NCBI RefSeq assembly: GCF_006345805.1
Contig: NC_043005.1
Coordinates: 69,130,001-69,194,000 of the forward strand
Reading direction: 5' to 3'
DNA length: 64,000 nucleotides
Source: Octopus sinensis
Taxonomy: Eukaryota
Numbering within the stretch: position 1 is the stretch's first letter; each line of letters opens with the position of its first letter. Shown piece after piece: positions 25,486 through 37,519 of this stretch. Both the position numbers and the translations under genes were made by a program. The notes beneath the pieces are model-generated. The model made no database searches. It worked only from the letters and a program-made list of their open reading frames with translations, and was not told the origin of the DNA.

Positions 25486-26631
25486 TTTCGACAGTTAATA
25501 CCATTTATATGTGTGTGTATGTGCGTGTGTGTGTTTGGTGGGTGTATACATGCGTGAGTATATAAATATGTGTGTATGCAAGTTATGTATTTCGTTATAC
25601 ATGCATATACCCAAATGTCATATAGTCCAATTCATTCTTCAAAGATATTCCCATTTATCTCGTGAACCGACTCGCAATCATTAATCTGAGTTGTCTGGGT
25701 TATAATTATATATGAATATTCGATTGTCATTAAGACAGAATTTCTAGAAGGCCATTTTTGATTCTTTCCTATCTTCATTCACATTCACGTTATATTGTAA
25801 GTAATCAATGAGACTTGATTATGTTATAACAAGATTCTTACAATGTATTACCAGTATACTGATCAATAATTAGATAACAATTCAATATCTGTGCATATCG
25901 ATAAATACACACACACACACACACGTTTATATATGCGTGTGTGTGTAACAATCTGTCTATAATTATCTCTTTCCCCCATTATCTCCCTTTCTATCTTTCT
26001 CTCTCTCGCTCTCTCACTATTTGTCTTTCTTATAAAGTGAACCAAAAGGGTCTGTCCCATCGGTAGATCTCGACATTAACACTTAGTTTTATAATTCGTG
26101 CTGATTCACAGTATTATTGTTATATATGGAGATAATGTTATCACTTCGCTGATATTGATATTACACCATCTGTAGTATTCTATCCAGAAAAGTCTGTATA
26201 TTAACTATATATCCTAGCTTATGTGCATGTTTTTGTTATTTTATTCGTTCCACACTATTCCTAAATAAATTCTGTAATACTTTATGAATATGCATATAAG
26301 CGGCGCTATTTCATTAAGTGCATATACAATTCTCTTTATTTTTCCGTATCGTATCAGTTTCTTGTCATCGTAGGCTTCCTAATTGATATTAATGTTCTAC
26401 CAAGTCGCTTTCTGGTACATTATTTTTTTCATGTACTTCCTTTCTTTCGCAAGAGGAAGAAACGTAGGCGTTTGTAGAAAAAAAGAGAAGAAATAATTGA
26501 AAGCAAATAACGTTTTGTATGTTAGCTGTGGAAATCAGAGATGAATGAAAAAAAACACGATTGTTTGAAAGACGGCTTACAATGACGAAATTCTTAATCT
26601 CTGAGCCAAAAATATATTGTTGTATTTGATC

Positions 26632-26745
26632 TTCTTCTATTTCTTCTTCTTCCTTTTCTTTTTCTTCTTCTTTTTCTTCTTCTTCTTCTTCTTCTTCTTC
26701 TTCTTCTTCATCATATTCGTCTTCTTCTTCTTCTTCTTCTTCCTT
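26632..26745. repeat. (TTC)n microsatellite
   Basis: Direct read. Confidence 0.9.
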
Positions 26746-27352
26746 TGTGTCAGTTTTACTGGGCACTCTATTCCAATTTCCTTTATATTCTTCTTCATGC
26801 CTTCTGATATTTTCCCAACGATCCAACATTAATTGGCACTTCATTTTCCGTATTTCGTACTTAAGAGGGTTGTCTTTATCTATCTTTTCGCTTTCCTTCT
26901 TGATTCATGGGTCAAAGTGGCATGCAACTTCAACTATATAGCATATGTGATGCACCTTGTCCAGTACCACTAAGTCCGGCCTGTTATGCTCTAGCAACTG
27001 AGGTGTTTGGATTGGGGATTTCGCTAGTTTCCCACTCTGCCACTCTCTGCAGTTTGTACACATACAACGTCTTGCTTCTCTCTAGCTCCAACTTTTCGCA
27101 CAGTTTTCAATGTTGCACTTTCGCTACCTTGTCGTGTCGCCACAACTTGAAGTGGTATTGGACAAGTCTAGGGCATTCGTTCCTGATACGAGCAAAATTT
27201 TCCTCCACTCTATTGCAGATGCGGCACAGCGGAGAGACTTGCTCATTCCTACAGTTCGATGTTGATTTTGTGCTGCCAGTATAGTGCTCTCAGTTTCTTT
27301 TTTAATGTTCCTTTCATCAGCCAATCCCACCCGTTTTTTCCAGCAACTGCTG
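26745..27352 (-). mobile_element. Decayed R4/Dong LINE fragment (family C), with internal deletions
   Basis: Across frameshifts: WDWLMKGTL-KKETESTILAAQNQ, PLCRICN, WRHDKVA, EHNRPDLVVLDK..CYIVEVAC and KEIGIECPV. Confidence 0.82.
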
Positions 27353-27436
27353 TTGTTTTTGTTGGTATTATCATCATCGTCATCATCGTCATCATCATCA
27401 TCATCATCATCATCATTATTATTATTATTATTATTA

Positions 27437-27475
<39 letters not shown>

Positions 27476-27527
27476 TATTATTATTATCATTATTATTATT
27501 ATTATCATTATTATTATTATTATTATT

Positions 27528-27983
27528 CTCTATTTGACTTTTGTTTTATATTTGTACAAGTTGTCTCCAAGTCTCACCCAGAGACTTCAAGAGACAACAG
27601 ACTAGAAGTTCATGTTGTTGTTATGCCTAGTGTGCCATATATTTGGTTTTGTATTTAGTGTTGTACTAGTGAATGTCTAAACAAAAAGCATACCAAAATT
27701 ATGTTTGTTTTAAAACTTGAGATTACATAGACAGTATTTTGCGTAGGACATGAGCCGTTCCCATGAGCACTAGCTTTTCAATTTCTGCCATTTTGGGGTT
27801 TCCTGGTATCTGAGCTATGTAGCAATCAGCCCCTTTTGCTATCATTCCCAGGGCACCTATGACAACAGGTATTGTTTTAGTCTTCAGGTTCCACATTTTG
27901 CTGATTTCCATTTCAAGATCTTTATATTTGCTCAGTTTTTGGTAGATCTTGACAGATACGTTTATATCGATTGTGACAGTCGA
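27528..27983 (-). mobile_element. R4/Dong LINE 3' end (family B)
   Basis: KLSKYKDLEMEISKMWNLKTKTIPVVIGALG..LMGTAHVLRKILSM*, with a distinct 3' UTR ending tcaaatagag(AAT)n. Confidence 0.88.
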
Positions 27984-27992
27984 TTATTTTTA

Positions 27993-28065
<73 letters not shown>

Positions 28066-28068
<3 letters not shown>

Positions 28069-29911
28069 TAGTTTTATTTTTATAGCGTGCTTTCACTTCA
28101 CTACCGAGCGCAGCTCTGTGTGCCTTGGGTATGTGCTGTGATTTGTTGTGATGCTCTGATGGTTATTGTATGGAAAGTGTTCTGCGTTGGATGTGTGCAG
28201 TGCCTAGTAGTGCAATTTTCTGTATGTTATATGTGTTTCTAAGTCCTGGTGTTTTTGTTATGTATTTGTTTGAATATTTTTTTATCATGCCTAATGCACC
28301 TACTATGATAGGAATTGTTTCTGTTTTCAGGTTCCACATTCTAGTTACCTCTATTTCCAGGTCTTTGTATTTTGAGAGTTTCTCCATTTCTTTTAGAGAC
28401 ACGTTGTCATCTGCCGGTATTGATACATCAATTAGAAAGCATTTTTTTTCTTCATGATCTCTGACAACTATATCTGGTCTGTTGGCTTTAATTTCTCTAT
28501 CTGTGTGTATCGGCATATCCCAGAGTATGGTTGCTTTCTCGTTTTCTGTGACCTTTTCTGGTGTGTGCCTATACCATCTTTTTTCTGTTGTTATTCCATA
28601 ATGTTGGCATAGCTTCCAATGTATGTAGGTTCCAACTCTGTTATGTCTGTGAATATATTCCTTATTTGCCAGGACTGGGCAGCTAGAGATATGATTTATT
28701 GTTTCTTGTCCATCTCCACATATTCTGCAGCTACTTGTAATATTTCTTTTCATTACATGTTTTTGGTAATTTCTGGTGGGGAGGCTTTGGTCTTGCGCTG
28801 CAGTTAAAAATCCCTCTGTTTCTACTTTGAGTCCTGAGCTTCTCAACCATTGCTGGGATTTTTCTTTGTCTATTTCTTTTGCGTTTAGTTTAGTGCAGTA
28901 TTTACCATGAAGGGGTTTTCCCTGCCATCGTTTTATCATGGCTCGTTGCTGTTCTATTTATAGTTTGGATTTCATTTGTTTTATAGCTTTTGTTGTTTCT
29001 TCATCATATTCTTCTTCTTCTTTGGGTTTATTAGGTGGTATGATTTCTTGTTGGAATTTGTCAGCTTCCTTAAATACTGAGAACAGTTTTTTGTTTTGCT
29101 CGTGTTTTGCTGCTATCTGGATCAGTTTTCCTTCCTTCTGAAGTAGGTATTTTTGCAGTCCTATGGTGGTTATTTTATAGTAGTTTTCCAGCTGTATAAG
29201 GACTCTACCACCTTCTATACGTTGTATATATAGTCTTTCTATGTCAGATTTTGGGTGATGCATCCTAGATCCTGTCAGTATTTTTCTTGTTTTTCTATCT
29301 ATTTTGGACAGTTCATTTCGTGTCCAGTTAAGGATATTGTAGCTGTATCTTATAACTTGGACAGCTAAAGTGTTGATACCTATTATCTTGTTTTTAGCAT
29401 TGAGCTCTGTTTTTAGTATTGATCTAACTCGTCTATAATATTCTTTTTTCATCTTCTCTTTCATTTGTGTGTGTTGTGTCTTATCTAGTTCATGGATTCC
29501 TAAGTATTTGTAAGTTTGGCTTTGGTCTAATTCTTTTATTTCATTGGTTTTATCTAGTGTGATATTGTTACTCTTAACTAGTTTTCCTCTTTTCATTGTT
29601 ACTTTGGCGCATTTTTCTAATCCAAATTTCATATCTATTTCTTTGGTAAATCCATGAACCGTCTTTAATAATGTTTCCAGCTGTTTGTCATTTGCAGCGT
29701 ATAGTTTTAGGTCATCCATATATAAAAGGTGGCTGATCGTTTTGCCGTAACATTTATATCCGCATCCAGTTCTGTTTAGCATATCAGATAGAGGTGACAG
29801 TGCCAAGCAGAAAAGGAGTGGAGAGAGCGTGTCTCCCTGGAATATTCCTCTTCTAATGGGGATGTCTTTGGTTTTCATGAGTCCCTCTTTTGTTTCATGA
29901 GTCCCTCTTTT
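28066..29911 (-). mobile_element. 5'-truncated R4/Dong family A LINE (RT C-terminal half, CCHC, REL endonuclease) with one in-frame stop
   Basis: RRGIFQGDTLSPLLF, HLLYMDDLKLY, KFGLEKC and YKYLG. ORFs 29878-28958 and 28939-28163 are in the same frame, separated by an AAA>TAA change. Ends actactg(AAT)n. Confidence 0.95.
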
Positions 29912-29933
29912 ATTATTATTATTATTATTATTA

Positions 29934-29974
<41 letters not shown>

Positions 29975-30990
29975 GCATTATTCAGTAGTCTTAGTATCAT
30001 TATTATTGAGTGAGAGAGCATTGTGACCAAGTGATTTGATATTTTGAACTCACTCCTGGAAGACGATGAATATATACATAAATCATGTAGGATGTTTCAG
30101 CGTGATGTAACGCATATGTTCTCACTTCTGAATGATAAGAACAATAAATATTACGTATATCGCAGTCCCTTTTAATTATACAATGCTTTGAATGTAACTT
30201 GTTTTGCTATCTCATTTATTCCGTCCAATTTATTTCTTCCACGTCATTAAAATATATCTTGTTGTTATAGCGATTTTATTTTTTTACTATGCCTTATATT
30301 TTCAGAGTAAATCTGTCCGTGTGTTTTAAAAATGTTTTATTTACATATTAGTCATATATTTTTACACGTTCTTCCTCGTTTTGAACAACAATCTCCCTCT
30401 ACCTCCAAAACGTCGTCTCATTCTACCTATTTAACGCCCATTATATGGCATTGTAATTTTCGAAATATTGTAGCTATGAAATAATAATTGATATCTCTCT
30501 GTTGATGTTGTTATAAATGCTGATAATTGCCATGTTCGGGCTTATGCAACATAGCTTCGAGACGTATTCAATTTCTACCTCATTGATTAAGGGCAAAATA
30601 TATTCTTAGTTTAGTCTTAAAAATAATGCTTGAAGGTATTGTAACAATCATCGGAGTTGCGTGGAACACTGATGCTACTTTTAATACTATATTCATTTTT
30701 ACAAGAATTCTCAAAACACTTCTTTAATTGAATTTCAGTATAGAAGATTATGGTTAGATGGAGAAGGTGCTGGCTACAAATACAATACTATACAACTTAT
30801 ATTATCTTAAAATTTTACTAAAAAGAGAAACAGGATTATAAATGAAATTTTGTCGAGTATTAAATGTAATTAGGAAAGGATTGAATCCAGGTTAGCTTGT
30901 CTAATATAAATCTTGTACAAAACAAAAAACGGTATATAGCCGATGGACATGTATTTCATAGAATACATTTCATGGCGATATCAGTGATAT

Positions 30991-31971
30991 ACGTCTTCAA
31001 CCATCTTAACCCCTGATGGAGAAACATCATCTTTCTCGATCGAGACCGGAATACTGCAGGGAGACACACTCGCCCCATTTCTTTTCATCATTGTTGTTGA
31101 TTATGTGCTACGTATGTCAGTTGATACCATCTCTGGCAAGGGTTTGAAATAAAACCAATAAGAAGTTCCAGACACCCAGCTGAGTACTTGACAGACACTG
31201 ACTTTGCTGACGACATCGCTCTTATCAGTGATTCTCTCTCCAATGCCCAGTCTCTTTTACAATCTCTTGAACAAGCCTCAAATTGTGTAGGTCTTTACCT
31301 CAATGAGACCAAAACTGAATACATAAACAAGTGCCTGTCCAACAGTGATTGCATCATCCACACTCTCAACAGTGCACCTTTAAATGTGGTTTCTGATTAT
31401 AAATATCTTGGGTCATACATATCATCATCTGGAAAAGACTTTCTAACTAGAAAGGGTATGGCCTGGTCAACCTGTAATGACATGCATAAGATCTGGTCAT
31501 CAAATCTAAGTAGAGACTTCAAACTTGAAATATTCAAAGCCACAGTCGAACCAATTCTACTATATGGCTCAGAAACCTGGACGTTATCAAAGAAGCTTGA
31601 GAGGCGGTTGGATGGAACCTACACTCGCCCCCTTATGAGAGCTCAAAATCTCTCGTGGAGGCGCCATCCAACTAAAATGCAAATATATGGGAAATTACCA
31701 CCTGTGTCATCTCTTGTGAAAGGTAGGAGAGTCCAGTTTGCTGGTCATTGTTGTAGAGCTGAAAAAGAAGTAATTTCTACTCTTCTCCTCTGGAAGCCAT
31801 CTACTCGCAACACCAGAGGGCGCACACTCTCCTACCCTGATGTAATCTCCAGGGATACAGGCATCCAGCAACAGGACCTCCGTAATGCTATGATGGACCG
31901 TGAAGTCTGGCGCAACATGGTAAATTCCATTGTCTCGACCACGGTCGAACAATGATGATGAAATGATGATG
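30991..31971 (+). mobile_element. 5'-truncated RTE-group LINE with a (TGA)n tail and a probable 8-bp TSD
   Basis: TPDGET..GILQGDTLAPFLFIIVVDY, DTDFADDIAL, YKYLGS, LLYGSETWTL, QFAGHC and AMMDREVWR. The stop runs into tgatgatgaaatgatgatg. agtgatat at 30983-30990 and 31972-31979. Confidence 0.92.
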
Positions 31972-33127
31972 AGTGATATTTTCTATAAAAAATGAAGGAA
32001 AAATATGCCATAAGTCAAATTTCATAAATAAAATAAATAGTTGTACAATGTCTAGAAAGCAGACACGATGAAAGAAAAGAGTGATGTTAGGCAGTAGCTT
32101 ATATGTTCCATTAATCATGATATATAGTAAGCTTGGTGATGCCCATTCCTTAAGACTACGTGTGGCAATGAGACTTTACGACCTGTTATGTGACATTCCT
32201 TACAATACTTGTCTGTTGCAATATATGACGAAACTAAATTTTGTGCAACAGCCTACCTTGTTTCTGACGCTAGTCCTCCACATATTATCTCGTTTAAAAC
32301 ATTAAGTGGAAAAGTGATGATCGCAGAGTTATTATGTAACGATTATATAATAAAATATTCTACTTGACCAAGATAATAATTGTGAGCTATGTTGTTTTAA
32401 AATTATAAACTTCTGTAATCCCCTTACAATGCCTCCCTATTGTTTCTGTACATATCTGTGAATTAATGCTACTGCGACAAATTTGCATTATTAACAAATC
32501 TATAATACACGAAGAAAAGTTTAGCTCTTTCAGTGTGCCATTCTATCGTCTGGCTACTTTACCTCCATATTTTTAAGCATTTTGCAATATAAAAAATGTT
32601 CCTAGTCTTTTGCTTTTCGTGAGAATTTTCCTTCCCTTTACATGGATTTCAGATGTAATTTGCCGGAAAAGACAATGACAGTGTCTACAAAGCCACTATA
32701 ACATCAGTCGATTTCTTCGGGGTTTCTATAAAGGCTTGAATAATTCTGACAATTGTTTATTTCGTTGCCAGCGCTCAATTAGAGACTGCCTTAAATTTGA
32801 TACACGGCCGACGCTGTCTATGGCTTCGGAAATGTTTTTCCTCCCATAAATCTATAACTGTATTGCTTCTAAGGTATATTAAGCTTACACGTGTATCAAA
32901 CTTTTAGCAGTCCCCGATTGAGCTCTGGCAACGATATAAACAATTGTCAGAGTTATGATGTACGGTGCTAAAGTCGTTGATATTTTTATATTGAGGCGAA
33001 TAAAGGAATTCTTGTGTCTCCTATATCTATTTTTAAAATAAATAGTACTCCCTATATAAATTTTACCTTCTCACGTACGGCTTACTGATCTAACTTCGCA
33101 TATTTATTGAACTAACTCCATTTATAT

Positions 33128-33180
<53 letters not shown>

Positions 33181-33195
33181 ATGTGTGTGTGTGTG

Positions 33196-33255
<60 letters not shown>

Positions 33256-33854
33256 CGTACATTTATATATACATACACACACACATATATATGTATGTAT
33301 GTTTGTGTGTATATAAAATATATATAATTATTTCTAGCGCACTATCTATATGTGTACATTGCATGCAAATCACACATATATATGTGTGTGTGTATGTACA
33401 TGCACACCACGTTCGCCAGCGCGCATCTTTTCTATATTTGTTACTGCACGCTGTTGTACACCTATTACACTATTTTTATCTCTTTTTTTGCTCGGGTCAA
33501 ACCCTTTAATTTGACCGAAATTTGCACCTATCAGTATTCCTATCTTAAAAAGTCGTCCCTATATTTTGTGTTTAATGTTTACATAAACTTTATGATTATT
33601 TTCAATCTCTAAGTTAATTGATTCCATCTATTTACATCATTAGTCAACACCGTTTTATTTTCCTAAATTAATCTCAGTTACTGATCTTATATCTTTAATA
33701 TCTTGGAAATCAATTACCTAAGAATACACATTTCACACACTGAAAATCCATATCATAGTATTTTATATATGATAGGATAGTGATGTATAGCTTTATTCAG
33801 AGTTCGGCACTCAAAATGTGTTATAGTTTGTCTTCCATGATAGAGGTTTAGTTA

Positions 33855-34060
33855 GCAAGGCAGCGAATTGGAATAGTTGTTACCACGTCGGGAAAAATGT
33901 GTGGTACACTTTATCCGTCTTTACATTCTCATTTCAAACCGGAGATGCTGGTTTTGTATTTCATCCTTTTGCAGTCGATGATATAAGTATCAGTTAAACA
34001 CTGGGATAGATATAATTGACTAAAGCCTCCTCTAGATTGCAAGCCTTGTGCTTATAGAAC
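33855..34060 (+). mobile_element. Old degenerate copy of SINE family 1
   Basis: aaggcagcgaattgg..tttcatccttttgcagtcgatgatataagtatcagtt..cactggg..attgactaa is colinear with family 1. Confidence 0.7.
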
Positions 34061-35366
34061 AAAGATAGCTTTAGATGGTGAATATAAAGTGTACAATCAA
34101 CAAGCATAAACTCTATAAATGTGTCGATTGGGAAGAATTAGTGCTACTTTGATGGTTATAAATGAAAACAAATGCTCCATTACAATGATGTGGATAGTCA
34201 TTGAAAATGTATTGCATATTTTTTCAACCCATTTCGGTTATACCGGTTAATGTTTATATAACTATAAGAGTACGTTGTTCTTCACGGGTGGTTAGTTCTC
34301 TCATTTGTAGGTGATGTCCGTCGGTAAAATATAATTACAAACGAAACACACAAATATAACAACCAAGTTATATTATCATCAAGTAGGTTAAACATTGTTA
34401 ATTTACAATAAGTTATAAAAGAAAAGAAATCGGAATTCTCAATTAATTTACCTAATTAGAAAGTAAAGACTCAAAGACGAAACATCTGTATCGAATTTAG
34501 TTACTGATTTCCTTTTTTCTTGTCCTTAAAATTCAACATGGTTCCCAGAATAATTTCAATTTCGTAAATTGTAAATATAATTATTTTGCTTTAATTTGAT
34601 TAATTTTCAAAGATAAAAAAAAGAATGAAACTTAAATTTTTATTAATTTAACCTTAATTTACGCAGGACATTTATAACATACACACAATACTACAATATG
34701 GGGATTATGTGTACTTAAATCTCTGTTATTTTATTCATTTATATTTGGCATTAGTAGTGAAATTTTATGCAGATAGAGAAAATAAGCAAAGAGTGAAATA
34801 GAAAGCGTGAAAAAGCGTTAATCAATTAATCTTTACTTGAGGCAGTTTATATTGATTAATCATGTTCAGTCCTGTCTATTTCTGGGAAACATTGCTACAA
34901 AAGTTTCCCTAGGGATTATTCTACTAATAGAAACAAAGTATATTCATTTTGGGAATATGTGTGTTGGGAGACTATTTAAATATGTCCTTTATATTTGCGA
35001 TATATTTGCGAATGGTTTGTCCGCAGGTTACGAAAAATTGAAAATCAGAAAACAGAAAATAACTTCTCAAACTTTCTAGAAATTTCAATATTATGAAAGA
35101 ACTGGTATCCATTCAGAAAGAAAGCAGGCATTCCTATAAAATTTATGTTTCATACCAATGATTTAAGTGAAACAATTTTATACGAAAATTTGTAAGGTAT
35201 AGAAATATTTAATTTGTAAACATTTCTCAATGTAAAAAACATAAGTTTATTTCTATTTATTGATGAGAGCATTGCAGAAGAAAATTGGCAAGGAAATCGA
35301 GGAAAGAAAACACTCGATTATGTTTTTGTGTCACTAGCATAATGCAAATTTATATATATATATATC

Positions 35367-35430
35367 TTATCTATCTATTTATCTAATTATCTATCTATGT
35401 ATCTATCTAACTATATATGTTTCTATCTAT

Positions 35431-35498
<68 letters not shown>

Positions 35499-35513
35499 TC
35501 ATCTATCTATTTA

Positions 35514-35583
<70 letters not shown>
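35367..35583. repeat. Compound (CTAT)n-(CT)n-(TA)n microsatellite
   Basis: Direct read. Confidence 0.95.
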
Positions 35584-35587
<4 letters not shown>

Positions 35588-35829
35588 CCGCTAGCTTCGT
35601 TAGGATAGAGTCTTTTCTTTGATGCATTTTGGACGACCACTCAAATTTGCACAGTTTTGTTTTCATGAAATGTCATGAAAATACAATGAGGTAAGATTAA
35701 TAGGTTACAAGAAAGTTAATTAGAAACATATCTAGTGAACACACACACATATATAAATGTATATACTTATAGATAAATATATATTCACAAACACACACAC
35801 ACACAAATACACGCACACATACACATATA

Positions 35830-35975
35830 TCTTGAGCAAAACACTTATTTTCACGTTGCTCCAGGCCACTTAGCTGACAAAAGTGGGTAATCTTGAGAAG
35901 GACAGGCGTCCCTTCCAGGGCAAGAGGGAGGGATATATGCATCATGGAAATCAAGAACGCGGGAAGCCAGCCTTG
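35830..35975 (+). mobile_element. Headless degenerate copy of SINE family 3
   Basis: cttgagcaaaacactt..ctccaggccacttagctg..ggacaggcgtcccttccagg matches 55120-55215. Confidence 0.7.
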
Positions 35976-36226
35976 ATTCTGTGACCCGGGAAGCATCTTA
36001 TTATCCTTTTGTCCAATCAGAAACGAATAACTGTGTACGGGAAATCAAAACCTTTTAGTCACATACTTCTATTTATATGTGTGTATGTATGTATGTATGT
36101 ATGTATGTATGCATGTATGTGCGTGTGTATTAAGTATGTATGCATCTATCTATCTATCTATCTATCTATCTATATATATATATGCATATATATATGTATA
36201 TATATGTATATATATGTGTGTGTGTA

Positions 36227-36352
<126 letters not shown>

Positions 36353-37519
36353 ACTTTTCACTAATCCCACAACCATTTCCCCTCGTTTTAATTCGTTGAT
36401 CGTCAATTAAAATTTATTGCCCTCTCCGTATTTTTACTTACTGCTTTTAAATATTCTTCTCTCCTTATATTATTACTTCCTCACCTCCTCCCCTCTACTC
36501 ACAAATGCATACGACTTCATACGATCTACTTTCTCTTTTTGTAGAAATTTATGCCTTTCGGCTATAGAATGCGCTCGACTAGAAACAACCACTAGCAATG
36601 CCTAAATCCCCAATCTTACCTTACTTCATTCATAGTTACTTTCTTTCTCCCCACGAACAAAAATATTTCACCACACCCCACTTCAATTTATCTTATCTTC
36701 ATATTTCAATCCCACTACTAAATTCTGTGATTAAGCTAAGCTACTATATTATATAATACTGACGTACCCCATCCCTCCTTCCGCTCACCCCACTATACTT
36801 TGTCTTATTTTATTTCAATTACTTATTTATTTAATTTTTTCTCATCTTTCTTCCTTTTTTCTAATACTTTTTCTCCATACATTTATATACCCCTCACACA
36901 CTTGCCCTCCACATATATTGACTGAATACTCTTTGCGTCAACATGCACCTCCTTTTGACAACATAGCCCGTTATCTAATGAAGAGAACCTTGGCTTGAAT
37001 AGCAGCCGGCGCCATACACCTCGCTTGGATTTTACCACTCTTGAGGTTCCATTCTCTATGAAACATATGTAGACCGAATTTTTCGTGAGACTTGTCTTCT
37101 TTTTCGCACACTCGACAACCATGTTCACCTAGCGTGGAATATAAAAAAATAATTTTTCTGCTCATCGTTCTCCGATAAACAAAAATAATCAGCAAACTTC
37201 TGTCTAAATAAAACACTAATGTTCCTAAAAGCTTTATTTTTAAATATTTACTACGCGAACCTAACTGTCTTCCTACACCGCAATACCCAAATCTTATCTT
37301 TTATTTATTATTAACAAATTCGTCATCTTTACATCTTACACCTTTTTAAAATTAATACTCAATAATTTAATTACAAATTTGCACATTAAATTTGCATTTA
37401 TGTGACATGAGCATAATTCCATCAGAGAGAAAAGATGTACCTGCTCATAGAAACCGATAGTTTCGCATATAACATCTCATCATTTTATCTATGATGAAAT
37501 TTTGCTAATGTCATGTAAA

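Noticed and set aside
26389-26844. 151-aa acidic ORF on the minus strand
   Set aside because: It joins an out-of-frame Dong remnant, a GAA tract and flanking sequence, so it is not a credible gene.
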